Positions 1-12,463 of a stretch of 64,000 nucleotides of DNA are shown piece after piece. Each line of letters begins with the position of its first letter. The stretch's first letter is position 1. The position numbers and the translations under genes were made by a program. The notes beneath the pieces are model-generated. The model had not been told where the DNA came from. It saw nothing but the letters and a program-made list of their open reading frames with translations, and did no database searches. Source of the stretch: Eledone cirrhosa (taxonomy: Eukaryota); NCBI GenBank assembly GCA_964016885.1, contig CAXHJY010000573.1, forward strand, positions 10,837 to 74,836, written 5' to 3'.

Positions 1-81
1 TATTGCCCACTCTACTACCCTACGTATTGAGTACTCTTGGACGTTATGGTCCACCTGTGATCTTACCGCGCCATCTTTGTT
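1..81 (+). repeat. Copy of an ~85-bp dispersed element ending in (TA)n; the window starts inside it
   Basis: CCCACTCTACTACCCTA.GTATTGAGTACTCT.G..CGTTATGGTCCA..TG recurs at 45311-45387, 53887-53961 and, inverted, at 54041-54119. Confidence 0.85.
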
Positions 82-235
82 ATATATATATATATATATA
101 ATTGCAAGATAGTGAGTCTGGATACACTCTGGAATTTCATTTGCGTAATCACTGGGTCGTAAATTAATGTCATTTAACTCTACTTCTGTATTGAATAGTT
201 TTACTCAGCTGTCAACTACATATACATTCACTCAT

Positions 236-284
<49 letters not shown>

Positions 285-1359
285 TGTATATGCATGTTTG
301 CGTCTTCTTGCCTCATGTTTCTACATTGTATTTACAGAGACGCCCGCTCTCATACAGATATATATTTTCATTCATACAGATATATAGATTCTGTATATAA
401 ATAAATGTTAACTTCAAATGAACTCTGCAAGGAATGGTAAGTGACGTATTACTGCTTCTTTCCGTAAGCAGTGCAATGATATTTCACTTATGATAATTTC
501 AGCTCGATTTTATTATTATATACCAGAAAAGATTTCATCGGTATGTCGAATTATACTGTAAATATACGCCATTATGTATGTGAGTTTCTTCGTTCATGTG
601 TTAAAATAGAACTAGTACCTATTTCCATAGAAGCTTACTGACAATTTTATTATTCATTCCTACTTAACATTAATAGAGAGCTTTTTGATGGAATTTACAC
701 TTATACATATATGAATTTACAGTTTGGATTCTCTGAAAAATTACTTAGCATATAACCTTGTTATATGCAAACTTAGTATTTATAACCGGAATAACTTGTC
801 TCTTAATACATTTTAAAAGGTTTGAGATATTGGCACTATGGGCTTTTGTGAATAAAAATTTGAATCGCTGTTTTATGTTTATATATATTTCCTACATAAT
901 AACTCTTATACTAAATGTATCTTAATTCAAACAATTCTAAAGAAATACATTTGCTATGGAGATAACGATTTGTATTTTCCAATTTAGAATTGTAATGGTT
1001 AACTATGTCTCACCACTTATTTTAATATAATCTTTTCCTACAAAGTAACAAAACCCTTAAATAAATACCAATATACTTTTCAATCAAACACTACGTTAAT
1101 AATATCTGATTGAATTTCTTTATTGCCATATGTTTCCTGGTATATATATATATATGAGTGTGTGTTTGTGAGTGAATTCATATGTAGTTTCCTCTTCTTA
1201 TATTTGCCTGTTATATTCACACTTTAAATAAGATTGTTATTTCCTACATAATTCCTTTGCCTCTATTATCAATTCGTCAAATGATATATATTCATTCAAA
1301 CTTTCTCCTTCATGTTTGTATCCGATGTATTTCCTCTATCTCATTTTATTTTCCTCATA

Positions 1360-1980
<621 letters not shown>

Positions 1981-2245
1981 CTAGGGCGGATAAAATTTCC
2001 GAGATCCATGAAAGAGTTCTCTCCAGCGGTCTCTGTCCCTCATTATCGCTGCCATGCCCTGCGTCGCCAACAGACCAGTGTCGCTCCTTAGGGCATCAAC
2101 ATACGTTAAACATGATCTTCCTCTTCCAGTGTGTCCATGTAGGGGCTCGCACAGGAGCAATGTGTGCAATGTCAACTCTGGATGTCGGTGAGCATGTCAA
2201 CTAACCTCAGTCTCCTCTGTGTCACTTTTGAGGTGACTTTTGGAT
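1981..2245 (-). mobile_element. 3' fragment of an RTE-type LINE ending at (TA)n
   Basis: Translation includes KVTQRRLRL and LLLCEPLHGHTGRGRSCLTYVDALRSDTG...MRDRDRWRE, typical of the RTE ORF C-terminus (GxRxRGRP...W). Confidence 0.75.
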
Positions 2246-3298
2246 ATATATATATCGTCAAGAATGTATTTATTCTTCGAACATCGTATCCGTATAGAAA
2301 GTCTTCAGCAATGCTTTGTATCATACCTTCTTCAATTGAAAACATGTTGAAATATCGCGATTACGTCATGAGCGGTCATGGGATATTCCCCCATGTGTGA
2401 TTGTCTCCAGAATTGTTTCTCCATGTGTGTAGCCTCTACAGGGTCTCATTTGAAAGATGCAAATCTTCATTTCTACGAGAGCGCCGCTCTTCACAAATGT
2501 ATTTCATTCATATTGTCATCAGTGTCTTCACCACTTGTCAAGCTTAACGTGAAATAAAATGCTTTGAGACAGGAAACAAAGGACCAGGGAAGCTCGTTTT
2601 ATATACATATAAGTTAAGGTCAGAAACATTCCTTGAGTGGGTATTGTTCTCTGGAGACCTTCTGCTGTCCAGCTATTCTTATCATTATTCCATTTACCAA
2701 AGTTCCACGAAGACAGGCGAGCTCAACAGAGGACGTTTGAAATCGTTCATCAGAAGGAACAATTTAATATGGTTATAGGATATTAAATTAAAAACAAAGG
2801 TTATTACAATTGAAATCGAGGCTGCAATAAAATAAAAAAAAATAAAGAAAATAAAATAAAATAATGCGAAAAATATATATACACTGATGAACAACGTGAT
2901 GTTAGGGAGTAAGAAAAAATGACATAGACATATATAAGCGCGAGCATACAAAGATACAAACATAAGCATATGTCAAGGCCTGGTTAGTGACTTAATATAT
3001 GTATCCATCTGACCAAACAGCCGTAGAAATAAAAAAACAATAAAAAACATTAAGATATAAAAATATACATAAAAATATAAACACATGGACGCACACACGG
3101 ACACAGACATACACACACATATATATACACACACACGTGAGTGAACACCCAAACATAAACAAATATGTAAGTATTGAATCCAAAAATAAATACGCAAATA
3201 ATAGCGCATAACCACGCAACTATATATATAGATAGGAAAATACACTTAACTTTGTGGGAAAATTATGACATGTGAAGAAAATGAGAATACGCACACAA

Positions 3299-3343
<45 letters not shown>

Positions 3344-3346
<3 letters not shown>

Positions 3347-3812
3347 TTTCTGAATTTGTTTAGCAAGATTCTTTATCTGAAAACATGTGTTGAAACCGAT
3401 ATTTTTATACTTTGGGAGGGTCATGTTGCCAATAAGAAACACACGCACCAGCTGCGACCAACCGGTAAAATGTAAATAAACAAATAAATAAACGAATATA
3501 AACACACACAGACACCCGGATGTGGCGCATGCGCAGACTGAGCACACAACACACACACAGAAACAAAATGGCGTAGGACAGAACAAAGGAGAGGCACAAA
3601 AACAAATAAAAGAATCCCCAGTCACTGTAGAGATCACAGAGTGTGTGACGAAAGAACTTTGACAATATATAAACAACTATCTGGTTGTGGAACTAACCAA
3701 CCAACCAGAAATTTATAAATTCCTAAATTTATAAATTTCTTATAATAAATTGAAGTGAAAGTAATGGGTGCGTGTGTTCTTATTGGCAACATGACCCTCC
3801 CTAGTATAACAA
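3344..3812. mobile_element. Unclassified non-autonomous element in (TA)n with an internal ~45-bp inverted repeat
   Basis: TTATACTTTGGGAGGGTCATGTTGCCAATAAGAAACACACGCACC (3405-3449) is inverted at 3767-3809; both ends of the element recur, joined, at 62894-62953. Confidence 0.65.
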
Positions 3813-3885
3813 TATATATATATATATATAAGCAGCGATTCTTTGCTTGAATTTTATCTTTTATTTTAATTAGTTTATATATATA

Positions 3886-3935
<50 letters not shown>

Positions 3936-4027
3936 CCAAAGATTAATATGTTTCATTGATTATTCAATGAATATAGTCTTACAATATATTGAAGGCTCTC
4001 TACAAGGAAAGTTTTCTGGAGTTATTA

Positions 4028-4233
4028 ATATTATTCAAAATATTAATTAATGAAGACATTCGCATAATCAAAATATATATTTTATTATATATATTTCGAA
4101 GGTGCTTGCTGTTTTTTCAGTACGTCCTGGTCAGATAAATACATGAATTGATGTATGACCTTCGAAATATATATAATAAAACACATATTTTGATTATGTG
4201 AATGTCTTCATTTATTAATATTTTGAATAATAT
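4028..4233. repeat. Inverted repeat with ~75-bp arms and hammerhead-like 3' halves
   Basis: Arms 4028-4103 and 4158-4233; each reads CCTTCGAAATATATATAATAAAA outward from the centre. Confidence 0.8.
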
Positions 4234-4341
4234 ATATATATATATATATACATACACACACATATATACATACACACATTTATATATATACACATACATA
4301 TGCATACACACATACACATATATCTATACACACACACCTAG

Positions 4342-4372
<31 letters not shown>

Positions 4373-4479
4373 CACACGTACATACATACACACATACGCA
4401 CACATCTATAATATAAAAATAAAAATAAATAAATTGGTTGGACAAAAAAATATATAGAAATGTAAATATTGTTATACAC

Positions 4480-4674
4480 ATGGCCGGCTTTGCCATATTC
4501 AAATAAAAAAAATGTTCGGGAACAGTGAACTGTACTGATGAAGGTTAATATATGCAAACGAATCGAATATTATTATTAATATTCGAAGAACTCATTACAT
4601 TTATTGTATTCAGACATGTAGAGCGATAATTTTGATTTAATTAATTTTTTTTTTAATATGGCAAAGTCGGCCAT
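4480..4674. mobile_element. MITE-like element with 20-bp terminal inverted repeats
   Basis: ATGGCCGGCTTTGCCATATT (4480-4499) matches AATATGGCAAAGTCGGCCAT (4655-4674) at 19/20 in reverse complement; A/T-rich interior; no clear target-site duplication. Confidence 0.5.
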
Positions 4675-5530
4675 TAATCACTCGTATACAAGGAACTGAC
4701 TGGCCAGTCTGCTGATATGCAAATCTGGCTGATCAGTTGATCTGCCAATATACAGATCTGATTGATCTGCAAGTTGGCATTATAGAGATCCATGTTATCA
4801 TATCGATGGGCTGGAAAGAGGTCATTAGGATTACCTTTCGGCTGGTGGAATCTCAGGTTACAAAGAACCATGTCATCGTTTGAGAGAATGGTTTTTTCCA
4901 CTGTAATATTCTGTATAGTATTAGTGTGATTACTAATGACTAGGTCCATAATGTTCTTCTGAAGCCTTGTTGGTGCAAGGACAATTTGGGACGAGAAAAA
5001 ATCATTCATAGTCGAGAAGTGGATCGACTGCTTCTTTGTCAATGGTTGAGGTAGGAGTGCCTGGTTTCAAACTGTTTGTAGACAACACAGGGTAGATTAA
5101 AGTCTCCCATCAAAAGTATGTTGCTAGAATGGCACTGTTGAATAAAGCACTTAATGCTGTTGAAGCATACTTTGAAGCGCATTATGGGTGTTTGGAGTGG
5201 CCTGTGTAGCCCAACTATTATCAGGACAGTGACTGATTCACAGTAGCCATTGGAGAATGTTGTGTTACCATCTGCTGTAAAGGAATCGTGCAGGCAAATG
5301 GCAGTTCCACCCTTCTTTCTGTCAACACGATCCGCGCGGATGGTTCTGTAATTCCCCACTCTTACTTCGGCCTCCACGTGAGAGTTGTCAAGGTGGGCCT
5401 CAGTAAGAATGAAGAAGGGGATGTCAAAATGATGGTTACCAACCCAACCTTCAATGAATTGGATCTTCCATTTCTGTGCATTGATGGATGGGCTGATACC
5501 TTGTGTATTGAGTAGAAATTTAAAGGCTAG
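4675..5530 (-). pseudogene. Decayed APE endonuclease region of a CR1/L2/Jockey-group LINE ORF2
   Basis: Motifs YRTIRADRVDRKKGGTAI, ILLMGDFNLP, PTR...NIMDLVISN and S.DD.V split across frameshifts. Confidence 0.8.
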
Positions 5531-5822
5531 TGTGGTGGATGGTTTTGACTGTTGCAGGGGCTTGTTTTGAGATTGTGTGCTAGTGACAGGAAGGATGGTG
5601 TTGGGTGATAGCTAAAATGCTTTTCTGTAATTCTTTTGCAGGTTCATGGCTAAAAAAGAAAAATGTACTTGTTCAGGGAGCAGCTTTTCACTGGAATTGT
5701 GGTTACACAGTTGGATAGGGCTGTAGTTTCCTCTTTTATTGTTGTTTTTCTGGTTGTATTTGCTGTTGTTGTTCTTAAATGTGCGTATACGTACATATGT
5801 ATATATATATATATGTATGTAT

Positions 5823-5856
<34 letters not shown>

Positions 5857-5901
5857 GCACGTATATGTATTTATGTATATATATATATATATATATATGT
5901 A

Positions 5902-6323
5902 TGTAATAGAAAACGAAAAATCAGTTGTGCACCTGAACTCAATTTATTGTGTCTTACAATTGTTTCGTCAGCGCACAGCTTTAGACGTGATCAGTGTGTG
6001 GATCTGTCTGATTTTGGACGGGCAGGTTCGACGGACACGTCTAATGATTTCGGAGCATATTGTCACACTGGTGTATCTGACCCTCTGTGCCAGTACCGTC
6101 AACAACTTCATTCTCTTCGCGTGTCCTGCGATTGGGCTCTGGTTGTCTACGTCATCATAATATTGACCACAGGTACAAGTCCGCTGACAATCATGGCGCT
6201 GTGTGTCCCATGTCTGCTACACTTCAATAACTTACTGCTGTGTTTGGTAGTTTACACATCCAGGCGCGCACTCACAGACACACACATACACATACATACA
6301 CACACAAACACATAATCACATAG
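5902..6323 (-). repeat. ~420-bp dispersed repeat, possibly a solo LTR; inverted relative to 9709-10117
   Basis: Clear end-to-end alignment with the second copy; AATAAA lies ~45 nt before a terminal CA on the minus strand. Confidence 0.75.
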
Positions 6324-7090
6324 ATAACGACAGTCGTATGCTTAGACTCCAGCTATACACATACATTTAAGGCGAACATATAAGCATATAAACATACGCA
6401 TACATGCATCTAGAGAGGTACGTACATACACAGACACATGCCCATATGCCTATATACATCAACATGCACACACACGTGTGCATACTCATGCATACGCGTA
6501 TATATACCCGTACAGACAAACACGTACAGACATATACATATACACCCCCCCTCGTTCCACCCCCGCACACACACATACACACACGTACCCATATACATAT
6601 ATACACGCACAGATAGACACTCGCTCTCAAACACACACATATATATATATACAGAAACAAGCCCTTTCACTACAGGGTGATTGTACACACACACACTGGC
6701 TCATACACTCCTACAAATATGTCCATGTTCAGATACTCACGCACGCATAATATATATATATGTATGTATGTATGTATACATAAATAGATTATACACAAAT
6801 GTCATATAAAGATACACAATGGGTCATACTTGAAAGGATGCACCTTGTTATAAACATGTACATACATAGAAAATAGACACACACGCACACACACACATAT
6901 ATTTATATATATATATATAAACTAGACAGAGCCATATATATATGTGTTTGGCAACCATTCACGGTGTGGCTCATGACGAATTAATTAATTAAATAATCAA
7001 CAATCAGAGCAATATATAAGAAAGTAAGTCCATAAAATATATACAGTATAAAATATATACAGTATTTCTTCTCTAATCAGCATAATCAAT

Positions 7091-7500
7091 CACACAAAAA
7101 ATCAATTAAACGAGGCTATAAGTTCAAAATGTACCTATGAAGAAACAATAGATAAATAAATGAAAGCTATTTTATCCGCGATCCACAGCCACAGAAGATT
7201 TACCCAGTATTTCTAATAGCCCGTAGAAATTGACTAGACATATAGTTAACCATACACAATTAGACCTCCGGAGGTAGAACCATAATTTTGGTACGTTTAT
7301 GTTCATTTTTTCTTCTAACTTTGATATTGTAGCTAATTGTGTATGGTTAACTATATGTTTAGTCAATTTCTACGAGCTACTAGAAATACTAGGTAAATCT
7401 TCTGTGGCTGTGGATCGCGGATAAAATAGCTATCATTTATTTATCTATTGTTTCTTCACAATTAAAACTTATAGCCTCGTTTAATTGATTTTTTGGTGTG
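7091..7500. repeat. Inverted repeat with ~170-bp arms at the 3' end of the Penelope-like element (pseudo-LTR-like)
   Basis: Arms 7091-7263 and 7333-7500 are near-identical reverse complements. Confidence 0.9.
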
Positions 7501-7619
7501 TGAAAAAGTACGGGTCGGTACTAGCCTATTACAGGGCTGCTGAAATTACTACTAAGGGGTCGTCTGAGGGGGGAATGGGCGTTGAGGGAGGCCGTAACCG
7601 GGTTTTATCCATATAGCTT

Positions 7620-9185
7620 GAGGAAAGTTCCCGTCCTAAGGTGTCTGCAGGTGCCGAATAAATCTGCCCTTCTGTTTAATGAAGTATCACGAGTGTCTCA
7701 CTAAGACAGAGGTTGCAAATACCAGACCCACTTCTGTCTGTGGGAACCTTTCTAACCACGGACCAGACCAAAGAGTGCGGGGTCCCTCCAAGTTTGAGCC
7801 TACAGATCAATTCAGAAAAGCCTTACATTTCCTCTTTTCTATTCTGTTAAAGGAGTGTCAATGGTTATACCACCTATCTTTGAAGCTCTTCGCCGTGGAT
7901 CCTATGTAGTGGTGCTCCGAGTTAGGGGTTGTGACCATGCACCTGTAGACTACATTTTTCGTTATGAATTCATTACTAAGGGGGCATAGTAATGGGTTTC
8001 TGCAATTGCATGACTGTTTAAGCCCGTGCTCATGTACCGTGGCGCTACCATCAGGTGGGGTTGGTTGGGTAGCCGCCGCATTCAACACAGGGTCGTTGGA
8101 TTATTGCGCTGTGCTAGTTGGGCCTGTCCGAAGCCTGGTGTGTCCCGTGTGCTGGTTTAGTTGGGTGGCTCCGGGGATTACAGTGGTATTAGATACAGTG
8201 AGCCTACTCCTATTTATGCCGGCTATGTGCTGGGATACGGAGCGTGGGGTTTAGTAGGGTAGTTTCACCGTGTGCCTGTTGAATATTTTATGGTACCTGT
8301 GGGCCCTAGGGAAACATTTATCCAGTACTCTAAAGAATGTTCTAGCCAGGCTGGTACGTAGACCAACGAGTACGCGGGATTATACCATGTGAGCTTCCTG
8401 GTCCTATTCCTGCGGGTTAGTTGGGTGTCCGCCGTGGTCCATCGCGGGGTTGTGCACAGCTCAGGTCGAGCTCGGTTGGTGTTACTCGGGTGTTGAGAGC
8501 GGGTACCGTTCGTTGTTCGGTCACTATCAAGAGGGTTATATGGGCTTACCGTGGGGCTATAAACCAGCGCGGTGCGGCCTCCCTGCTCAGTGAGGGTTCG
8601 GCGGGCGGTGGGACCGGGGCAGGGGTGCCTATGCTCCGCAATACAGTGGCCTTGAGTGTTGTAGGTATTAGACCGGTGGGGTATGCGGGACCTTCTACCG
8701 GGGGTGGCGGCGGTTAGGGGGTCTGGGAGTGTTACTACTGTTATAGCTGATCCTATGGTTGTGGTACGCCTTAGATAGCGCTGTGTTATAATAATAAGCA
8801 TTATTATTGAAGATCTATTGATTGGCAGACAAGCTAGAGATCCTGTCAGAGACACTCTTATCTACGGCCTTAACTATAGATCTAGGGTGATTGGACCCAG
8901 CGTTGATATACACCAGCTTCTCATTGGGTTTATGATATGGGTGGTGTAGCTTGGTGTTGAGGTTGAGGGTGGCGTCCAGGAAATTCATTACTTTTCTATT
9001 GGGTTCCATCTCAACTTTAAGTCCTACCTTACTAAAAGAGTGTCCTAATTCTCCTCTTCATGTTTTCGATCATTTTGCTGCTGTGGTCCACGACGGTAAG
9101 GAGGTAGTCGTCTCAGTACAGTCTGATACCCAGGTTGGGTATTTCACTCCTGATCTCGTAGAGTATATATATCCCAACCAGTTGA
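7620..9185 (-). mobile_element. Decayed, 5'-truncated Penelope-like retroelement (RT C-terminal half plus C-terminal GIY-YIG endonuclease)
   Basis: LY*DD, NFLDATL..YHKPN...YINAGSNHP, RKLTWYNPAYS, HKIFNRHTVKL, CNCRNPLLCPL, NVVYRC...YIGST..FKDRWYNH, CNLCLSE and TCRH in the expected order, with stops and frameshifts. Confidence 0.9.
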
Positions 9186-9708
9186 CGCATATATATAAAA
9201 AAAGTATAAAATATATTAAAAATATACATATAACGGCACATAGAGATACACAGTGGGCTATACATGAAAGGGTGCGCCCAGTTATATGTGTCTACAGAGA
9301 TGTTGCTAGGTTGCGAACATGGATCAATCCACATATGGAATCTTCCCGCAAAGCCCCTAATGGGCGTTCATGGTATTACAGTAAATAGTATGCGCAGACC
9401 GTATTAGAAAATGCGTGCAGAATATATATAAAAAAAAGGAACGTGTATGCATATGAGATAGTACACAAGAGAAGTATGAGATACACACGTGGGTCTGTAT
9501 ACTGAAAATACATTAGGTGTTACAAAATGGAATATATATGGAATATATCAGTGGAGAGTATGCACTCTCTACTGAAAATATACACATGCAGGGGGGGGGG
9601 CATACTGGAGTATGTCACTGTGGTTGAGGTGTAGTATCTTATTGGTGTAAGGCATTTGACTGAATATCAATGGAATCCGGGTAAGCCTGTCCCGGCTCAG
9701 GCGATGTT

Positions 9709-10117
9709 CTATGTGATTATGCGTGTGTGTGTGCGTGTGTGTGTGTGAGTGCGCGCGTGGATGTGTAAACTACCAAACACAGCAGTAATTTATTGAAGTG
9801 TAGCAGACAAGGGAGACACAACGCCCTGATGGTCAGCGGTCTGGTACCTGTGGTCAGAATTATGATGACGTAGACAACCAGCACCCAAGCAGAAGATACG
9901 TGAAGAGGATGAAGTTTTTGACGGTACTGGCCCAGAGGGTCAGATACCCCAGTGATAGAATATGCTCCGAAATCATTAGACGTCTCCGTCGAAGCTGCGT
10001 GTCAGAATCAGACAGATCCACATAATGATCGCGTATCGAGCTGTCTGCCGGCGGAACAATTGTAACACAATAAATTGAGGTCAGATAAATCACTGATTTT
10101 TGTTCTTAATTATATCA
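9709..10117 (+). repeat. Second copy of the ~420-bp repeat (possible solo LTR)
   Basis: Reverse-complement match to 5902-6323, diverged. Confidence 0.75.
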
Positions 10118-10189
10118 TACTCTGTTCTGTAAGAGCATTGAGTGCTCCACGGGTTTACAGCATATGGAAGCTTCTTAGATGCCACCAGA

Positions 10190-10295
10190 CATATATATAT
10201 ATATATATATCTATGTATATATATATATATATATATGCATTTATACATATATATGTATGTATATATATATATGTATATATATATATATGTATATA

Positions 10296-10343
<48 letters not shown>

Positions 10344-10900
10344 TTTATATATATATATATATGCATTTATATATATATATGCATTTATATATATATATAT
10401 GAATGTATATATATATATATGAATGTATATATATATATATATGAATGTATATATATATATATATGAATGTATATATATATATGTATGTATTTATATATAT
10501 ATATGTATGTATTTATATATATATATATTTATATATATATATGTATGTATTTATATATATATATATTTATATATATATATGTATGTATTTATATATATAT
10601 ATATTTATATATATATATGTATTTATATATATATATATATATATGTATTTATATATATATATATTTATATATATATATGTATTTATATAAATATATATAT
10701 ATATGTATTTATATATATATTATATATATATATGTATTTATATATATATATATATATGTATTTATATATATATATATATATATATGTATTTATAAATATA
10801 TATATATATGTATTTATATATATATATATATATATATATGTATTTATATATATATATATATATATATATGTGTATATATATATATATATGTATATATATG
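10190..10900. repeat. Degenerate (TA)n microsatellite field
   Basis: Direct reading. Confidence 0.97.
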
Positions 10901-11023
10901 TAGGAGGTGAGTTTTATTGTAGTACAATAAAGCAATGCAGATATCGGATAAGAAGCACTCTACAGTTTGTGGGACTGGAGTATGCATAATATAAGATCAA
11001 AAGATGGTTAAAGGAGTTCCATA

Positions 11024-11095
11024 TATTTTATTATGCGATATTTCAAAAACAAACATCATCAAACAATAATATTTGTGTTTTCATCAGATAAAATA
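11024..11095 (-). ncRNA. Mirror hammerhead ribozyme on the opposite strand
   Basis: Same stems and core as 11205-11275; stem III reads GAAA-T-ATCGC-A-TA, so the palindrome is broken. Confidence 0.7.
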
Positions 11096-11204
11096 GGAGA
11101 ACATGATATGAAGGCTAAAAAACACTTGTTGATAGTGCAGTTGATATGTTGATTTAAAACTGCACTATCAACAAGTGTTTTTTAGCCTTCATATCATGTT
11201 CTCC

Positions 11205-11275
11205 TATTTTATCTGATGAAAACACAAATATTATTGTTTGATGATGTTTGTTTTTGAAATGCGCATAATAAAATA
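11205..11275 (+). ncRNA. Type I minimal hammerhead ribozyme, Penelope-type
   Basis: Stem I TATTTTAT/ATAAAATA (8 bp); CTGATGA at 11213-11219; stem II 11220-11255 (15 of 16 positions pair, including G-U); GAAA at 11256-11259; palindromic stem III T-GCGC-A; cleavage triplet AUA, cut predicted after 11267. Confidence 0.85.
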
Positions 11276-11309
11276 TATGGAACTCCTTTAACCATCTTTT
11301 GATCTTATA

Positions 11310-11393
<84 letters not shown>

Positions 11394-11522
11394 ATATATA
11401 TATATATGTATGTATATATATGTATATATATATATATATATGTATATATATGTATATATATATGTATATATATGTATATATATGTATATATATATGTATA
11501 TATATGTATATATATGTATATA

Positions 11523-11687
<165 letters not shown>

Positions 11688-11692
11688 GTATG

Positions 11693-11821
<129 letters not shown>

Positions 11822-11853
11822 GTATATATATGTATGCGTATATATATATGTAT

Positions 11854-12463
11854 GTCAGGTCACCAGTTGGTGCTACTGGTAACATGTATCCCAGTACATC
11901 CTCTCTTATGGTCGGGTCGTTGGCGACTAAACTGGCAACCCCACCAAGGTTTCTTGGTGAGGAGGGTGACTTTGGACATCCTGCAGGACTAAAAACAAAA
12001 CCTGTCAAAGGGCAAAGGAGCTCTTAAGAGTCAATAGCCATCCAAAATCACCAGTAGAGATGACCCCTTAGCCTTTGTCAAGGCAGAATTCTAGGAGAAG
12101 GAAAACTCTGATATAATACCTGCAACCCTGATGGTATCCTATGATGTTGACTTGTTCTTCTTTTTGGTAAATATCATCTTGGTTAAGAGAGTGGGACTGG
12201 CTTTGTGCAGTGCCTTTGCTCACTATAAAAGCTTCACGGCACAGGCATTGCTTTATATCTGGAGATCTCTCTGCACTTGTCATCACATGGTACCATGGGC
12301 CCAGCACTATGTGTCAATAATTGTCACAAGTGTAGTGTTTGTACCAGAGTTTTCAAGTCGCTGGCTGGACTAAAGAGTCACACTCGTTCAGCGCATCGGT
12401 AGGGGTTCTCCTACATGGATATAAAGTAGAGGCCATACTCGAAAACGAGTTGGCAGCCACCAT
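11854..12463 (+). mobile_element. Unit A of a non-coding ~610-bp repeat family, RTE-5'UTR-like, with HDV-like ribozyme parts
   Basis: Aligns to units B, C and D; contains CTAGGAGAAGGAAAACTCTGA; bounded by ATGT and microsatellite on both sides. Confidence 0.85.
11891..11935 (+). ncRNA. Candidate HDV-like ribozyme core, lacking the P1 5' strand locally
   Basis: P2 CCAGT/ACTGG, loop TCCTCTC, P1 3' strand TATGGTC, GG (P1.1), P4 GTCG-TTGG-CGA, J4/2 CTAA; P3 is imperfect in this copy. Confidence 0.55.

Larger units (their letters stand above)
10986..11313. repeat. Near-perfect palindrome with ~156-bp arms and a 15-nt spacer
   Basis: 10986-11142 is the reverse complement of 11158-11313 except in the hammerhead stem III loop. 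Confidence 0.95.

Noticed and set aside
400-445. Donor-like G|GTAAGT suggesting a host exon (similar motif near 42195)
   Set aside because: No recognisable coding sequence or matching acceptor; such motifs occur by chance
9107-9121. In-frame TGA in the Penelope-like YxDD motif as possible selenocysteine
   Set aside because: The position is normally Arg (CGA to TGA decay), the copy has other stops and frameshifts, and the endonuclease is C-terminal, unlike selenoprotein-encoding Naiads
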